From IMG/VR virus record IMGVR_UViG_3300031658_000003: a stretch of DNA of 64,000 nucleotides; one strand, given 5' to 3'. The notes under the pieces were generated by a model. It ran no database searches and was not told the origin of the DNA. It saw only the letters and a list, made by a program, of their open reading frames with translations. This stretch comes from an uncultured virus (IMG/VR IMGVR_UViG_3300031658_000003). Taxonomy: Duplodnaviria; Heunggongvirae; Uroviricota; Caudoviricetes. Of this stretch, positions 38,606 to 48,163 are shown piece after piece. A program made the position numbers and the translations under genes. Within the stretch, counting starts at the first letter, position 1. The number at the start of each line of letters is the position of its first letter.

Positions 38606-38612
38606 ATATCAC

Positions 38613-38641
38613 TTGACTTCCCCAGATATCCATGATATCAT
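38613..38641 (+). promoter_or_regulatory. Sigma70-type early promoter
   Basis: TTGACT-17-TATCAT with a TG upstream of the -10. Confidence 0.7.
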
Positions 38642-38665
38642 TGTCTTAATAAATGGAGAACTACT

Positions 38666-38863
38666 ATGAACAGTATATATACCAATTTCCCTGATGCTGT
38701 CCAACCGGTCAGCGTTCCAGCACCATATAAGATAACTAGTGGCACTGCTACTTATACCTTCAGTGACGACCTAACAGTAACTGTCCCTATTCCTGATGCT
38801 TCAGATAACTGGGAATATTTCATTGATTTTAGTCCGGCAACAATCACATTGGAAGATGCATGA
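38666..38863 (+). CDS. Small hypothetical protein
   Basis: GGAG RBS; ATGA overlap with the next gene. Confidence 0.55.
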   Translation: MNSIYTNFPDAVQPVSVPAPYKITSGTATYTFSDDLTVTVPIPDASDNWEYFIDFSPATITLEDA

Positions 38864-39390
38864 ATCCTAAACAAACCCATATCATGATTGACCTTGAGAC
38901 TCTATCTACTAGAGCCCACGCCACTATACTTTCTATTGGTGCTGTTAAGTTCAACATACAAGACGGTATATTTGAAGAGTTCTATATCAATGTAGATGCT
39001 AAGACTTGCAAAGAAGCTGGTTTGCACATTGACAAGAATACAATTGCATGGTGGCAGAAACAGAAGCCCGAAGCACTGCAAGCACTGATGGTCGATCCGG
39101 TGCCGGTGACAGAAGCACTTCAGAAGTTCTGTTCTTGGATTGGCAATGAGCGGGTACAACCATGGGGAAACGGAGCATCTTTTGATATCACTATTCTTGA
39201 AGAAGCTATGGTACGCACTGGTGTGAATACACCCTGGAAGCATTGGGACGTTATGTGCTTTCGTACAGTGATGAATCTTATGGGTATTAGTAACGCCCAG
39301 ATCAGAGCGCAGGAAACTGACATAAGCCATCATGCACTTGATGATGCTAAGAGTCAAGCTAAGACACTGCTAAAGGTACTGCAAAATTAA
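38860..39390 (+). CDS. DEDDh 3'-5' exonuclease (DexA/ExoVIII-like)
   Basis: IMIDLETL, WGNGASFD, HHALDDA. Confidence 0.85.
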   Translation: MNPKQTHIMIDLETLSTRAHATILSIGAVKFNIQDGIFEEFYINVDAKTCKEAGLHIDKNTIAWWQKQKPEALQALMVDPVPVTEALQKFCSWIGNERVQPWGNGASFDITILEEAMVRTGVNTPWKHWDVMCFRTVMNLMGISNAQIRAQETDISHHALDDAKSQAKTLLKVLQN

Positions 39391-40450
39391 AATAGCCACG
39401 ATAAACGATACTCACTTCGGAGCGCGAGGTGATTCTATACAGTTTGATGCCTTCTTCAAGAAGTTTTATGATGAATTCTTTTTCCCTGCTCTGGTAGAAA
39501 AAGAAATTAAAACTATACTGCACCTGGGTGATGTATTCGACCGAAGAAAGTTTATCAACTATAACACCTTGCAGAGTTGCAAAGAATACTTCTTTGACAA
39601 GGCACGGGATCTGGGCATCGACATTCACATGATACCAGGTAACCATGATACATACTTTAAGAACACTAATAAGGTAAACTCACCTGAGTTGTTGCTTGGG
39701 GAGTATGATAACATAAAAATATACCCTGAGGTTACGGAGCTAACTTTTGATGAACGTAAGATATTATTTGTCCCTTGGATTTGTAGTGAAAATTATACTC
39801 ACACTATGGATGTCATTAAGAATACTGAAGCGAAGGCTGTCTTTGGTCACTTTGAGTTCAGTGGGTTCCAGATGTACAAGGGTGCTATTGTATCTCATGG
39901 ATCGGATACTAGCCCTTACAGTCATTTTGATCTGGTGTGTAGTGGGCATTATCATCACCGTAGTCGGACTAACAATATACTTTACCTTGGAAATCCCTAT
40001 GAAATTACTTGGTCAGATTATGAAGATCCCAGAGGCTTTAACATCTATGACACATATGACAACTCAGTCGAATTTTTACAAAACCCATTTACTATATTCC
40101 ATAAGTTTTATTTCGATGATACCTCAGATGATTTTAGAAGTCTCATTGCTGATTATGATTATGATTCTATTGCCAATAGTTGTGTAAAGGTAGTAGTTGT
40201 AAAGAAAAGCGACTTTGCATATTTCGATGCATTCATTGACAACCTTTACCAATGTAATCTCATCGAATTAAAAATTATCGAAGACTTTTCAGAGTTTGAA
40301 GATGACGCAGTTGGTGAAGTAGAAGTAAATCTAGAAGACACCATGACATTGTTGAATGATTATGTAGACAATGTAACAACAGACTTGGATCGTGATAAAT
40401 TAAAATCGGTTCTAAGGACTCTATATGTAGAAGCGCAATCGGAGAAGTAG
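39386..40450 (+). CDS. gp47: Recombination endonuclease gp47 (Mre11/SbcD-like), probable ATT start
   Basis: Frame extends upstream of the called ORF through KIATINDTHFGAR and LGDVFDRRK; GNHD, GHFE, SGHYH; in-frame stop at 39371. Confidence 0.9.
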   Translation: MKIATINDTHFGARGDSIQFDAFFKKFYDEFFFPALVEKEIKTILHLGDVFDRRKFINYNTLQSCKEYFFDKARDLGIDIHMIPGNHDTYFKNTNKVNSPELLLGEYDNIKIYPEVTELTFDERKILFVPWICSENYTHTMDVIKNTEAKAVFGHFEFSGFQMYKGAIVSHGSDTSPYSHFDLVCSGHYHHRSRTNNILYLGNPYEITWSDYEDPRGFNIYDTYDNSVEFLQNPFTIFHKFYFDDTSDDFRSLIADYDYDSIANSCVKVVVVKKSDFAYFDAFIDNLYQCNLIELKIIEDFSEFEDDAVGEVEVNLEDTMTLLNDYVDNVTTDLDRDKLKSVLRTLYVEAQSEK

Positions 40451-41311
40451 ATGAAATATTTAGTTGCATCTGGATGCTCATTTACGGATGAATCCGCAAA
40501 CCATGCTTCTCAGTCAGGACCAAATTGTTATCGTTCAATGTTTGTGGGCGACATTGACGCTCCACTTTATGCCGAGCATGAGAAATGGGTGTCATCACTA
40601 GCAAAAATTCTCGGCGCAAATATATACAATTACGGTAGGAATTCATCTGGCAATTCTCTTATAAGTCGCCAAGCAATATTCGGTGTTAGTCAACTTCTCA
40701 AAAGAGGCGTAGATCCTAAAGATATAGTTTGTGGCGTTGAGTGGTCAGGACCAGACAGACATGATTTTATGCTTGAGTCTCAGAAAGATATTAACGATAG
40801 ACTATTTCTTATGGATGCTCCTCCTATTCCTGTGGACTCTCTCGATAGGGCTAAACAAATCAAGTTCGCCCCAGGCAAGGCTACGTGGCTGATACTGAAT
40901 GCATCGTGGTCAGAAGCTGATCCATTCGCTGACCTATATTACAATAATTTCTTCAGTGCTGTCGGCGGAAAAACAAACACCTTCGAAAAGATTTTAGCAA
41001 CTCAACATTATCTAGAAAGTGTTGGAGTTAAATACTTCTTCACTGTAATGAGCGAAGATACTTTGCTCCTAGAAAATCACTACAAAGAAGATGTTCAGTA
41101 TCTATATGACTTAATAGACTTCACAAAATTCTTGCCTATCAAAGGCATGTATGAATGGTGCAGAGATGTATGTTTGCCACAAGGAATGGAATGGCTTGAA
41201 CACGAAAGACGCCATCAAAATCAAATAAAACATCCAACTGCTGAAATGAATAGGATGTTCACAACAGAGGTTATCGTTCCTTACTTAAAGACAAAAGGTT
41301 ATATCGATTGA
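40451..41311 (+). CDS. Hypothetical protein, SGNH-like, inserted between gp47 and gp46
   Basis: LVASGCSFT, NYGRNSSGN, EWSGPDR, C-terminal HPT. Confidence 0.5.
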   Translation: MKYLVASGCSFTDESANHASQSGPNCYRSMFVGDIDAPLYAEHEKWVSSLAKILGANIYNYGRNSSGNSLISRQAIFGVSQLLKRGVDPKDIVCGVEWSGPDRHDFMLESQKDINDRLFLMDAPPIPVDSLDRAKQIKFAPGKATWLILNASWSEADPFADLYYNNFFSAVGGKTNTFEKILATQHYLESVGVKYFFTVMSEDTLLLENHYKEDVQYLYDLIDFTKFLPIKGMYEWCRDVCLPQGMEWLEHERRHQNQIKHPTAEMNRMFTTEVIVPYLKTKGYID

Positions 41312-42978
41312 TTACTTTTAAAACATTAAAGTGGAAGAATTTTCTCTCTACTGGTAATGCGTTTACAGAGATTGATTTTACTCGCAGTACTAGTACATTG
41401 ATTGTTGGTGAGAATGGCAGTGGCAAATCTACTATGCTAGATGCCCTATGTTTTGTTTTGTTTAATAAACCATTCAGAGCAATTAATAAGCCTCAGTTAG
41501 TTAATGCTGTTAACGACAAAGCACTGGAAGTAGAAATTGAGTTTGCTGTCGGTACTAATGAGTACAAAATTAGACGAGGTATTAAGCCCAACTATTTTGA
41601 GATTTATTGTAATGCCAAAATGATAGATCAAGATGCCGCACTCAGAGATATGCAAAAGTATCTTGAGGAAGCTATTCTAAAATTGAACTACAAATCATTT
41701 ACTCAGATTGTTATATTAGGCAGTGCTTCATTTACACCGTTCATGCAGTTGCCTCTAGGTAGTAGAAGAGAAATCATAGAAGATATTCTTGATATTCAAA
41801 TATTCACTGTGATGAATGTTGTACTAAAAGAAAAGATAAATAAGTTGAAGGATACTATACGGGACATAGAATCCGAAGTTGAGATCAGTAAGTCCAAAGC
41901 TATTCTCCAACAGAAGTATCTTTCTACTCTGGAGAATGATAAACAAATCAAAATAGCAGACATGCAAGGACAGATTAATGCAATCGAGGACTCGATTAAG
42001 AAATTCGAGGAACAAGCAACAACAACAGTCACAGCGAAGGATCTTCTGGGAAATCCTAAAGAGAGAATCAAAAAACTCAGAAACTTTAGAGATCAATTCA
42101 CAACCCAAATCACAAAAGTAAAAAGAGAGTTAGATTTTTATGAAAAGCACGATGACTGTCCGACCTGCAAGCAAGGTATTTCGCATGACTTCAAAGCAGA
42201 GATTAAAATTGAACGACACAGAAAAATTGGTGAGTTACAAGAAGCAAATAAGAAAATTGAAAATGAATTCACGCAACTAAATGATGCACTAGAAAAGTTT
42301 GTCGATTTGTCAGACCAGTTGGTAGATATAAACAATGAGATTATTACCAATCAAAAGTTTCTGACAAAGCTGAATGCTGAGATATCACATGCAAAAGTTA
42401 ATGTTGCAGATATCACAGAAGAAAAAGACAAGCTGAAAACCCTTGCGAAAGTTGTTGTGGAAAAAGAGCATGATAAGTCTATCAAGAATGAAGAGGGTCA
42501 CTACTTAAAACTAGCCGCTTCACTATTGAAAGACACTGGCATAAAGACTAGAATCATTCGCCAGTATTTGCCTGCTATAAATGCATTAGTCAATAAGTAC
42601 TTAGCCTCGATGGACTTCTTTGTTCAATTTGATTTGGATGAGAAGTTCAACGAGACTATTAAGTCCAGACACAGAGACAAATTTAGTTATGCATCATTCA
42701 GTGAAGGTGAGAAGCAAAGAATTGATTTGGCATTACTGTTTACATGGCGTACCATTGCTAAGATGAAGAACAGTGCCGCAACAAATTTGTTAATACTAGA
42801 TGAAGTTTTTGATAGTTCTTTGGACAATAATGGTACTGACTACGTTATGTCCTTACTAAATACTATAGGTGAAGATGCGAATGTATTTGTAATCTCACAC
42901 AAAGGAGACATCCTGTTTGATAAATTCAGGAGTGTTATTAAATTTGAAAAGAAATATAACTATTCAGTAATTTCATAG
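41308..42978 (+). CDS. gp46: Recombination ATPase gp46 (Rad50/SbcC-like)
   Basis: GENGSGKS, CPTC zinc hook, FSEGEK, LILDEVFD. Confidence 0.95.
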   Translation: MITFKTLKWKNFLSTGNAFTEIDFTRSTSTLIVGENGSGKSTMLDALCFVLFNKPFRAINKPQLVNAVNDKALEVEIEFAVGTNEYKIRRGIKPNYFEIYCNAKMIDQDAALRDMQKYLEEAILKLNYKSFTQIVILGSASFTPFMQLPLGSRREIIEDILDIQIFTVMNVVLKEKINKLKDTIRDIESEVEISKSKAILQQKYLSTLENDKQIKIADMQGQINAIEDSIKKFEEQATTTVTAKDLLGNPKERIKKLRNFRDQFTTQITKVKRELDFYEKHDDCPTCKQGISHDFKAEIKIERHRKIGELQEANKKIENEFTQLNDALEKFVDLSDQLVDINNEIITNQKFLTKLNAEISHAKVNVADITEEKDKLKTLAKVVVEKEHDKSIKNEEGHYLKLAASLLKDTGIKTRIIRQYLPAINALVNKYLASMDFFVQFDLDEKFNETIKSRHRDKFSYASFSEGEKQRIDLALLFTWRTIAKMKNSAATNLLILDEVFDSSLDNNGTDYVMSLLNTIGEDANVFVISHKGDILFDKFRSVIKFEKKYNYSVIS

Positions 42979-42991
42979 AGGCTAACATAAG

Positions 42992-43723
42992 ATGCCTCCT
43001 CAGTTTACTATTGCATATACCTACTACAACGAACCCGAACTTTTAAAAGAGCAAATTAAACTCTGGGAGGACTATCCTCCTGGGGTTGAAATCATGGTTA
43101 TTGATGATGGCTCTAAAGAACATCCTGCATATGATATACTGAAAGATGTTTACTTCACAGATGGAGTGAACTTTCAACTTTGGAAGGTTACCCGTGATTT
43201 GGGATTCAACAGTCACGGTTGCAGAAACTTGGCAGCGAAGTATTCACCCACAGATCAAATATTTTTCTTGGACATGGATATAAGAATCAATCCAGGAGAC
43301 GTGGGACACCTCAGAGGGCTAGTGATGAATCCTGAGACGATCTACAGGTTCAATATGTACTCTATTCCCAGCAAAAAGTGGTACCCTTATCCTGGGCACA
43401 TTAACTGTTTTATCGTCAATAAGAACAAGTTCTGGGAAGCCGGTGGGTATGATGAAAGCTACACCGGGCACCACTACGGGGATCGTCCCTTTCACAAAGA
43501 GTTAGATAAACTAGCAAAACAAGGCAGGATACGGCTCACTCTGAGCGACTACAGAACCGGTAGAGAGATCGTTTCCGACTACAATCTACCCGCCGATACG
43601 ATAATGCCGGTGTACGATGATGTCGAAATGAAGATCAGATATCCAGGGGAAATCCCTGATATCAAAGCCATGGCTAACACGGTGAAAAGCAAGTTAAATT
43701 TTCCTTTCATTCGTCTGATGTAG
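42992..43723 (+). CDS. Family 2-like glycosyltransferase
   Basis: YYNEP, VIDDGS, RNLA, FLDMD, GGYDESY..YGD. Confidence 0.75.
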   Translation: MPPQFTIAYTYYNEPELLKEQIKLWEDYPPGVEIMVIDDGSKEHPAYDILKDVYFTDGVNFQLWKVTRDLGFNSHGCRNLAAKYSPTDQIFFLDMDIRINPGDVGHLRGLVMNPETIYRFNMYSIPSKKWYPYPGHINCFIVNKNKFWEAGGYDESYTGHHYGDRPFHKELDKLAKQGRIRLTLSDYRTGREIVSDYNLPADTIMPVYDDVEMKIRYPGEIPDIKAMANTVKSKLNFPFIRLM

Positions 43724-43735
43724 GCTGGGTTTCCT

Positions 43736-43743
43736 TATAAATA
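43736..43743 (+). promoter_or_regulatory. Late promoter
   Basis: TATAAATA before def. Confidence 0.75.
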
Positions 43744-43777
43744 TATAAAATAATTCAAAGAGTTGGTAAAATATATT

Positions 43778-44314
43778 ATGAAATACTTGAGTGATGAATT
43801 AAATTTAGTTTCCATTGTCGATCCTATATTGAAGATCGCGCCAAAGAAGTTTGATTTTGAGGAAAATGATGGCAAAGAAATCGCATCTAAACTCAGATTA
43901 AAAATGACTGAACTTGGTGGTGTTGGCTTATCTGCTAACCAAGTGGGATTAGATATGTCAGTTATGGTACTTGGTGTACGCAACCCAAAAAATGATGAGC
44001 AGTTTGAAAGAGTATGTTTCAACCCAGTTATGATCGGGGCAAGTCATGAGCAGATAATGATGCAAGAAGGCTGCCTGAGTATTCCTGGTCTACGTCTAAA
44101 TATAAAGAGACCCGCTGAGTGTACGATAACATATTTCGATGCAGATCAGGAAGAACATACCGAAAAATTTCTTGGTCTAGCCGCGAGAATTGCATTACAT
44201 GAATACGATCATATGTTAGGATTTAACTTCATGTCTCGTGTGTCTAAGTTTAAACTCGATAGAGCGATGAAATCATTAAATAAGCGTGTAAAGGCATTTA
44301 ATAGGAGACACTAG
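43778..44314 (+). CDS. def: Peptide deformylase
   Basis: GVGLSANQVG, EGCLS, HEYDH. Confidence 0.92.
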   Translation: MKYLSDELNLVSIVDPILKIAPKKFDFEENDGKEIASKLRLKMTELGGVGLSANQVGLDMSVMVLGVRNPKNDEQFERVCFNPVMIGASHEQIMMQEGCLSIPGLRLNIKRPAECTITYFDADQEEHTEKFLGLAARIALHEYDHMLGFNFMSRVSKFKLDRAMKSLNKRVKAFNRRH

Positions 44315-44695
44315 ATGGCATATAGCGAAGCCGTATTAGATCATTATGAGAACCCGCGTAATGTGGGTAAGTTGGATGATAGTAAAGCAAACATTGGAAC
44401 TGGCATGGTTGGAGCTCCAGCATGTGGTGATGTTATGCGTTTACAGATACAGGTTGAGAATGACATTATTGTTGATGCGAAGTTCAAGACCTATGGATGC
44501 GGAAGTGCAATTGCTTCATCTAGCCTATTGACAGAATGGGTAAAAGGTGCTACACTGGATGAGGCGTCGGAGATAAAAAACACTCAGTTGGCAACCGAAC
44601 TTGCCCTACCGCCAGTAAAGATACACTGCTCGGTATTAGCAGAAGATGCTATCAAAGCCGCAGTACAGAACTACAGGGAAAAGAACAATGTCTGA
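44315..44695 (+). CDS. iscU: Fe-S cluster scaffold IscU
   Basis: DHYENPRNVG, GAPACGD, GCGSAIASSS, LPPVK, HCS. Confidence 0.95.
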   Translation: MAYSEAVLDHYENPRNVGKLDDSKANIGTGMVGAPACGDVMRLQIQVENDIIVDAKFKTYGCGSAIASSSLLTEWVKGATLDEASEIKNTQLATELALPPVKIHCSVLAEDAIKAAVQNYREKNNV

Positions 44696-45056
44696 TGATT
44701 TTGATTTCGGATTTACCGCAGTAGATGAAGCCCCGCAGTCTCAACAGCCTACGCCTGCCTCAACTACTGCATCACTTCCAGATGATGCTCTCGATGGAGT
44801 AATGAAAAAACTTTACGAAATTGAGAACAGAATTCTGGATATGGATAACGCTGGTGTTTTGACAGAACACCGGACATTACTAGAAGGAGATATAGCTGGC
44901 AAGCTAAGAGATTTGGAAGACTTAATTCTTCCTCTGCTTACAAACTTAAAGAAAAATCCCGACAAAGAATACATTCACTGGCCGAACCGTTCAGCCATTA
45001 TTGATAAACAAATTGAAAAGATACAGGCGGTTACCAGATATTATGAGCGAGTTTAA
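44688..45056 (+). CDS. Conserved hypothetical phage protein
   Basis: MSDDFDFGFTAVDE..ILPLLTNLKKNPDKEYIHWPNR. Start moved to ATG 44688. Confidence 0.65.
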   Translation: MSDDFDFGFTAVDEAPQSQQPTPASTTASLPDDALDGVMKKLYEIENRILDMDNAGVLTEHRTLLEGDIAGKLRDLEDLILPLLTNLKKNPDKEYIHWPNRSAIIDKQIEKIQAVTRYYERV

Positions 45057-45666
45057 ATTAGATGCACTAACCAGTAATAAAATTTTTGAACGTACAATGT
45101 CTAGAACATATGATCTCTATCTACATGATGAGATCGAAGGACCAGATGAGTATATAGAATGGAATCAATTGTTCAGGTCAGCCACCGCTGAAGACGTAAT
45201 TTATGTTCACATCAATTCCTACGGTGGACAGATCAATACAGCAATTCAAATGATAAGAGCCATGCGGGAGACTCCTGCTACTATTGTCACATCCATAGAG
45301 GGTGCTTGCATGTCTGCCGCTACGATGATCTTCCTACAGGGAGATGTATGTGAGATATCAGATCATAGTCAGTTTATGGTACATACTTACTCCGGTGCCG
45401 CATGGGGCAAAGGAAATGAAATGGCATCTCAAGTGCTACATGATTCCGATTGGATATCTGACCTAATGCACGATGTGTACCAGCATTTCCTTGATGAAGA
45501 TGAGATCAATGCGGTGATTGAAGGCAAGGATGTATGGTTTAGCCCGGCAGAAGTGTTTGTCAGACTGAAGAAAAAGACCACTTTGATCGAAAAAGAGAAC
45601 AAAGAAGCCGAAAAAGCGGCAGCGGCTGAAAATAAAAAGAAAATAAAAAAGAAAGTCGTTAAATAA
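45043..45666 (+). CDS. clpP: ClpP-like serine protease
   Basis: HINSYGG, GACMSAAT (catalytic Ser), FMVH. Confidence 0.75.
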   Translation: MSEFKLDALTSNKIFERTMSRTYDLYLHDEIEGPDEYIEWNQLFRSATAEDVIYVHINSYGGQINTAIQMIRAMRETPATIVTSIEGACMSAATMIFLQGDVCEISDHSQFMVHTYSGAAWGKGNEMASQVLHDSDWISDLMHDVYQHFLDEDEINAVIEGKDVWFSPAEVFVRLKKKTTLIEKENKEAEKAAAAENKKKIKKKVVK

Positions 45667-45702
45667 CAACGACTTACGATTGAAAATAAATTGATTATCC
45701 TC

Positions 45703-45731
45703 TTGACTTTTACCAAAATACCTGTCATAAT
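45703..45731 (+). promoter_or_regulatory. Sigma70-type early promoter
   Basis: TTGACT-17-CATAAT, TGn extended -10, AT-rich upstream element. Confidence 0.75.
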
Positions 45732-45760
45732 GTACTTTGAGAATGAGAGAGGGTATACCA

Positions 45761-48049
45761 ATGGAAGTAAAAAGCAAAAGCATGTTAGCCAAACTACTGG
45801 CTACAGAGGATATCAGTGTTGAGCATCAGAATGTTCCCACCGCACTGTTCGACCTTAAGAATCGCAAGATCATCCTTCCCCGCTGGAAGGAAATGTCAGT
45901 ACATCTATATGATCTGTTTGTCGGTCATGAAATTAGCCACGGCTTAGAAACTCCTGCAGAAGGTTGGCACGATGCTGTATGTGACTCCGGTCAGGGCTTC
46001 AAGTCTTTCCTAAATGTGATAGAAGATTGTCGCATTGAGAAAAAAGTCAAAGCACGTTACCCTGGTCTAGTCAAGTCTATGGCTCTTGGTTATAAAGAGT
46101 TGATGGAGATGGACTTCTTTGGACTCAAGGGTCGTGACACGGATACTCTTCCACTGATCGATAAGATCAATCTAAAATTCAAGTGTGGTGCCATGCTCGG
46201 CATCAACTTCTTAGAAGAAGAATTGCCTTTCGTTACTGCTACTGAAAATGTTGACACTTGGGAAGATACTGTCAGAGTAGCCAACGAACTTTATGAGTAC
46301 AGCAAAACTGAACAAGCCATGCAAGATGCTTTAGAGCCTCAAGCGGATGAGTTCAATGATGACTGGGATGAAGACATAGATTCTGAACCCACCGACGAGT
46401 ATTCAGACGCGCCTCAAGAAAGTGAAGAAGAAAGTGACCAAGCTGAAGAAGAGACTGAAGAAACCGGCAGTGCATCCAAAGATGAAGATGAAAAGCCTTC
46501 CGAATTAGAAGAAGAGTCTGAGTCTACCGATGTCAAGCAAGTCGGAAATGATATCATGGAAGGAACTCCTGATCCAGAATCAATGACTGATAAAGCCTTT
46601 CGTAATGCAGAAGAAATGCTTGTCGAAATGTCCGACAAAGATATTATGACTGTTAACTTTCCAAAGATAAAGTCTGATGTATTTGTTATGCAATCTTCTG
46701 AAGTATGGGACTGGACACCAGAGTATAAAAAAGGTACTTACTATAGCCCACAAGAAAATATGACTGACAATGTTGAAGTTGAGAACAAGCTGTTCAATGA
46801 TTTTCAAACTCGCAATAAGTCTGCGATCAACCTTCTAGTCCAACAGTTTGAGATGCGCCGCAAAGCTACCTCATTAAAGAAAGCCCGTGAGAATAAGACT
46901 GGTATGCTTAATGATAAAAAGTTGTGGGCATACAAGCTAACGGATGATCTCTTTCTATCAACTACTACTACTCCAAATGGTCAGAACCACGGCATGTTTA
47001 TGTTTGTTGATATGTCTGGTAGTATGTTTCTAGAAATGGCTAATGTTGTCGAGCAGTTATTGATTCAAGTATCCTTCTGCAAAAAAGTCGGCATTCCGTT
47101 TGATGTTTACGGATTCAGTAATGCAGGTAGAAATGCCGCTGAGTACAATGAACGGCGCAAAATTGTGCAAAAAGCCCAGAGCAAAAAGCCTGGTGATATG
47201 TTCATCGATGATGAAAACTTCCAGTTACTACAATTAATTTCCTCTGAGTTATCATCTCCTATGTATACCAAAGCATTCAAAGGGCTTCTGGGATGGGCAA
47301 CTACTTACATGAGCAAAAACACCCGTCTAGATGAAGAGAGAGTATGGCAAGATAGATACAACCAACCGCGTCATATGTATTTGTCAACCACGCCTCTGGC
47401 TTCTGCGATGTTAGCTGGTCGTGATCTTGCTAATGAATTCAAACAGCGTAATCGCCTTGAAGTTCTGAACACAATTATTCTGACCGATGGATACAATACT
47501 GATAAAATGTTTGTGGTTGAAGATTGTATGGAACTAGAAAATACTGACTATGAGCAAGTGACATTTCGCCACAGCCCAAACGTAGTTGGTGAAGTTTACA
47601 TTAAAGAAGGTGCAATATCAACCAAGCATGTCATCTCAGGAATTTATGGCAGAGCAAGCCGTCAGGTAGGATATCAAGATTACTTCTTGGCACTACTGAA
47701 GCACTACCAAGCAACCACTAATTCGCGTATGATATCATTCAACATTGTAGGTGCAAAAGCATCCTCTGTCAGAGATGCATACTTTGCCGCAATTGGCAAG
47801 TATGATTACGAAGGATTTCAAACTAAGTACAAGACCTTCCGTTCTGAGCGATTCATGGAAGTTCCTAATGCTGTCGGATACGATAGTATGTTTATGCTTA
47901 TGGGTGGCAAAGGGTTAGAAGTAGACACCTCCGACATGGAAGTTAAGTCCAACTCCAAAGGTGATCTGAAGCGTGGATTCATGAAGTTCGCCAAGGGACG
48001 CAGTGCCAGCCGAGTGTTTTTGAATCGATTCATCGATAAAGTTGCATAA
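45761..48049 (+). CDS. CobT-like protein: HExxH metallopeptidase-like N-terminus, acidic linker, vWA domain
   Basis: LAKLLATEDI, GHEISH, NVIEDCRIE, DMSGSM (MIDAS), TPL, LTDG; adjacent to a MoxR AAA gene. Confidence 0.75.
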   Translation: MEVKSKSMLAKLLATEDISVEHQNVPTALFDLKNRKIILPRWKEMSVHLYDLFVGHEISHGLETPAEGWHDAVCDSGQGFKSFLNVIEDCRIEKKVKARYPGLVKSMALGYKELMEMDFFGLKGRDTDTLPLIDKINLKFKCGAMLGINFLEEELPFVTATENVDTWEDTVRVANELYEYSKTEQAMQDALEPQADEFNDDWDEDIDSEPTDEYSDAPQESEEESDQAEEETEETGSASKDEDEKPSELEEESESTDVKQVGNDIMEGTPDPESMTDKAFRNAEEMLVEMSDKDIMTVNFPKIKSDVFVMQSSEVWDWTPEYKKGTYYSPQENMTDNVEVENKLFNDFQTRNKSAINLLVQQFEMRRKATSLKKARENKTGMLNDKKLWAYKLTDDLFLSTTTTPNGQNHGMFMFVDMSGSMFLEMANVVEQLLIQVSFCKKVGIPFDVYGFSNAGRNAAEYNERRKIVQKAQSKKPGDMFIDDENFQLLQLISSELSSPMYTKAFKGLLGWATTYMSKNTRLDEERVWQDRYNQPRHMYLSTTPLASAMLAGRDLANEFKQRNRLEVLNTIILTDGYNTDKMFVVEDCMELENTDYEQVTFRHSPNVVGEVYIKEGAISTKHVISGIYGRASRQVGYQDYFLALLKHYQATTNSRMISFNIVGAKASSVRDAYFAAIGKYDYEGFQTKYKTFRSERFMEVPNAVGYDSMFMLMGGKGLEVDTSDMEVKSNSKGDLKRGFMKFAKGRSASRVFLNRFIDKVA

Positions 48050-48074
48050 AAGATGAAAATAATTGAGAAAACAC

Positions 48075-48102
48075 TTGACTTTCCCATAAAACCTGCTATA
48101 AT
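48075..48102 (+). promoter_or_regulatory. Sigma70-type early promoter
   Basis: TTGACT-16-TATAAT, TGn extended -10; similar to the 45703 promoter. Confidence 0.75.
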
Positions 48103-48163
48103 GGTATAGTAAAGTCGAGTTAAAGAAGTTAAATTGAATAATCCTTTTGAGAGAGGTCAGATT

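Noticed and set aside
39569..40450. gp47 as a truncated pseudogene
   Set aside because: The missing N-terminal motifs are intact and in frame from 39386
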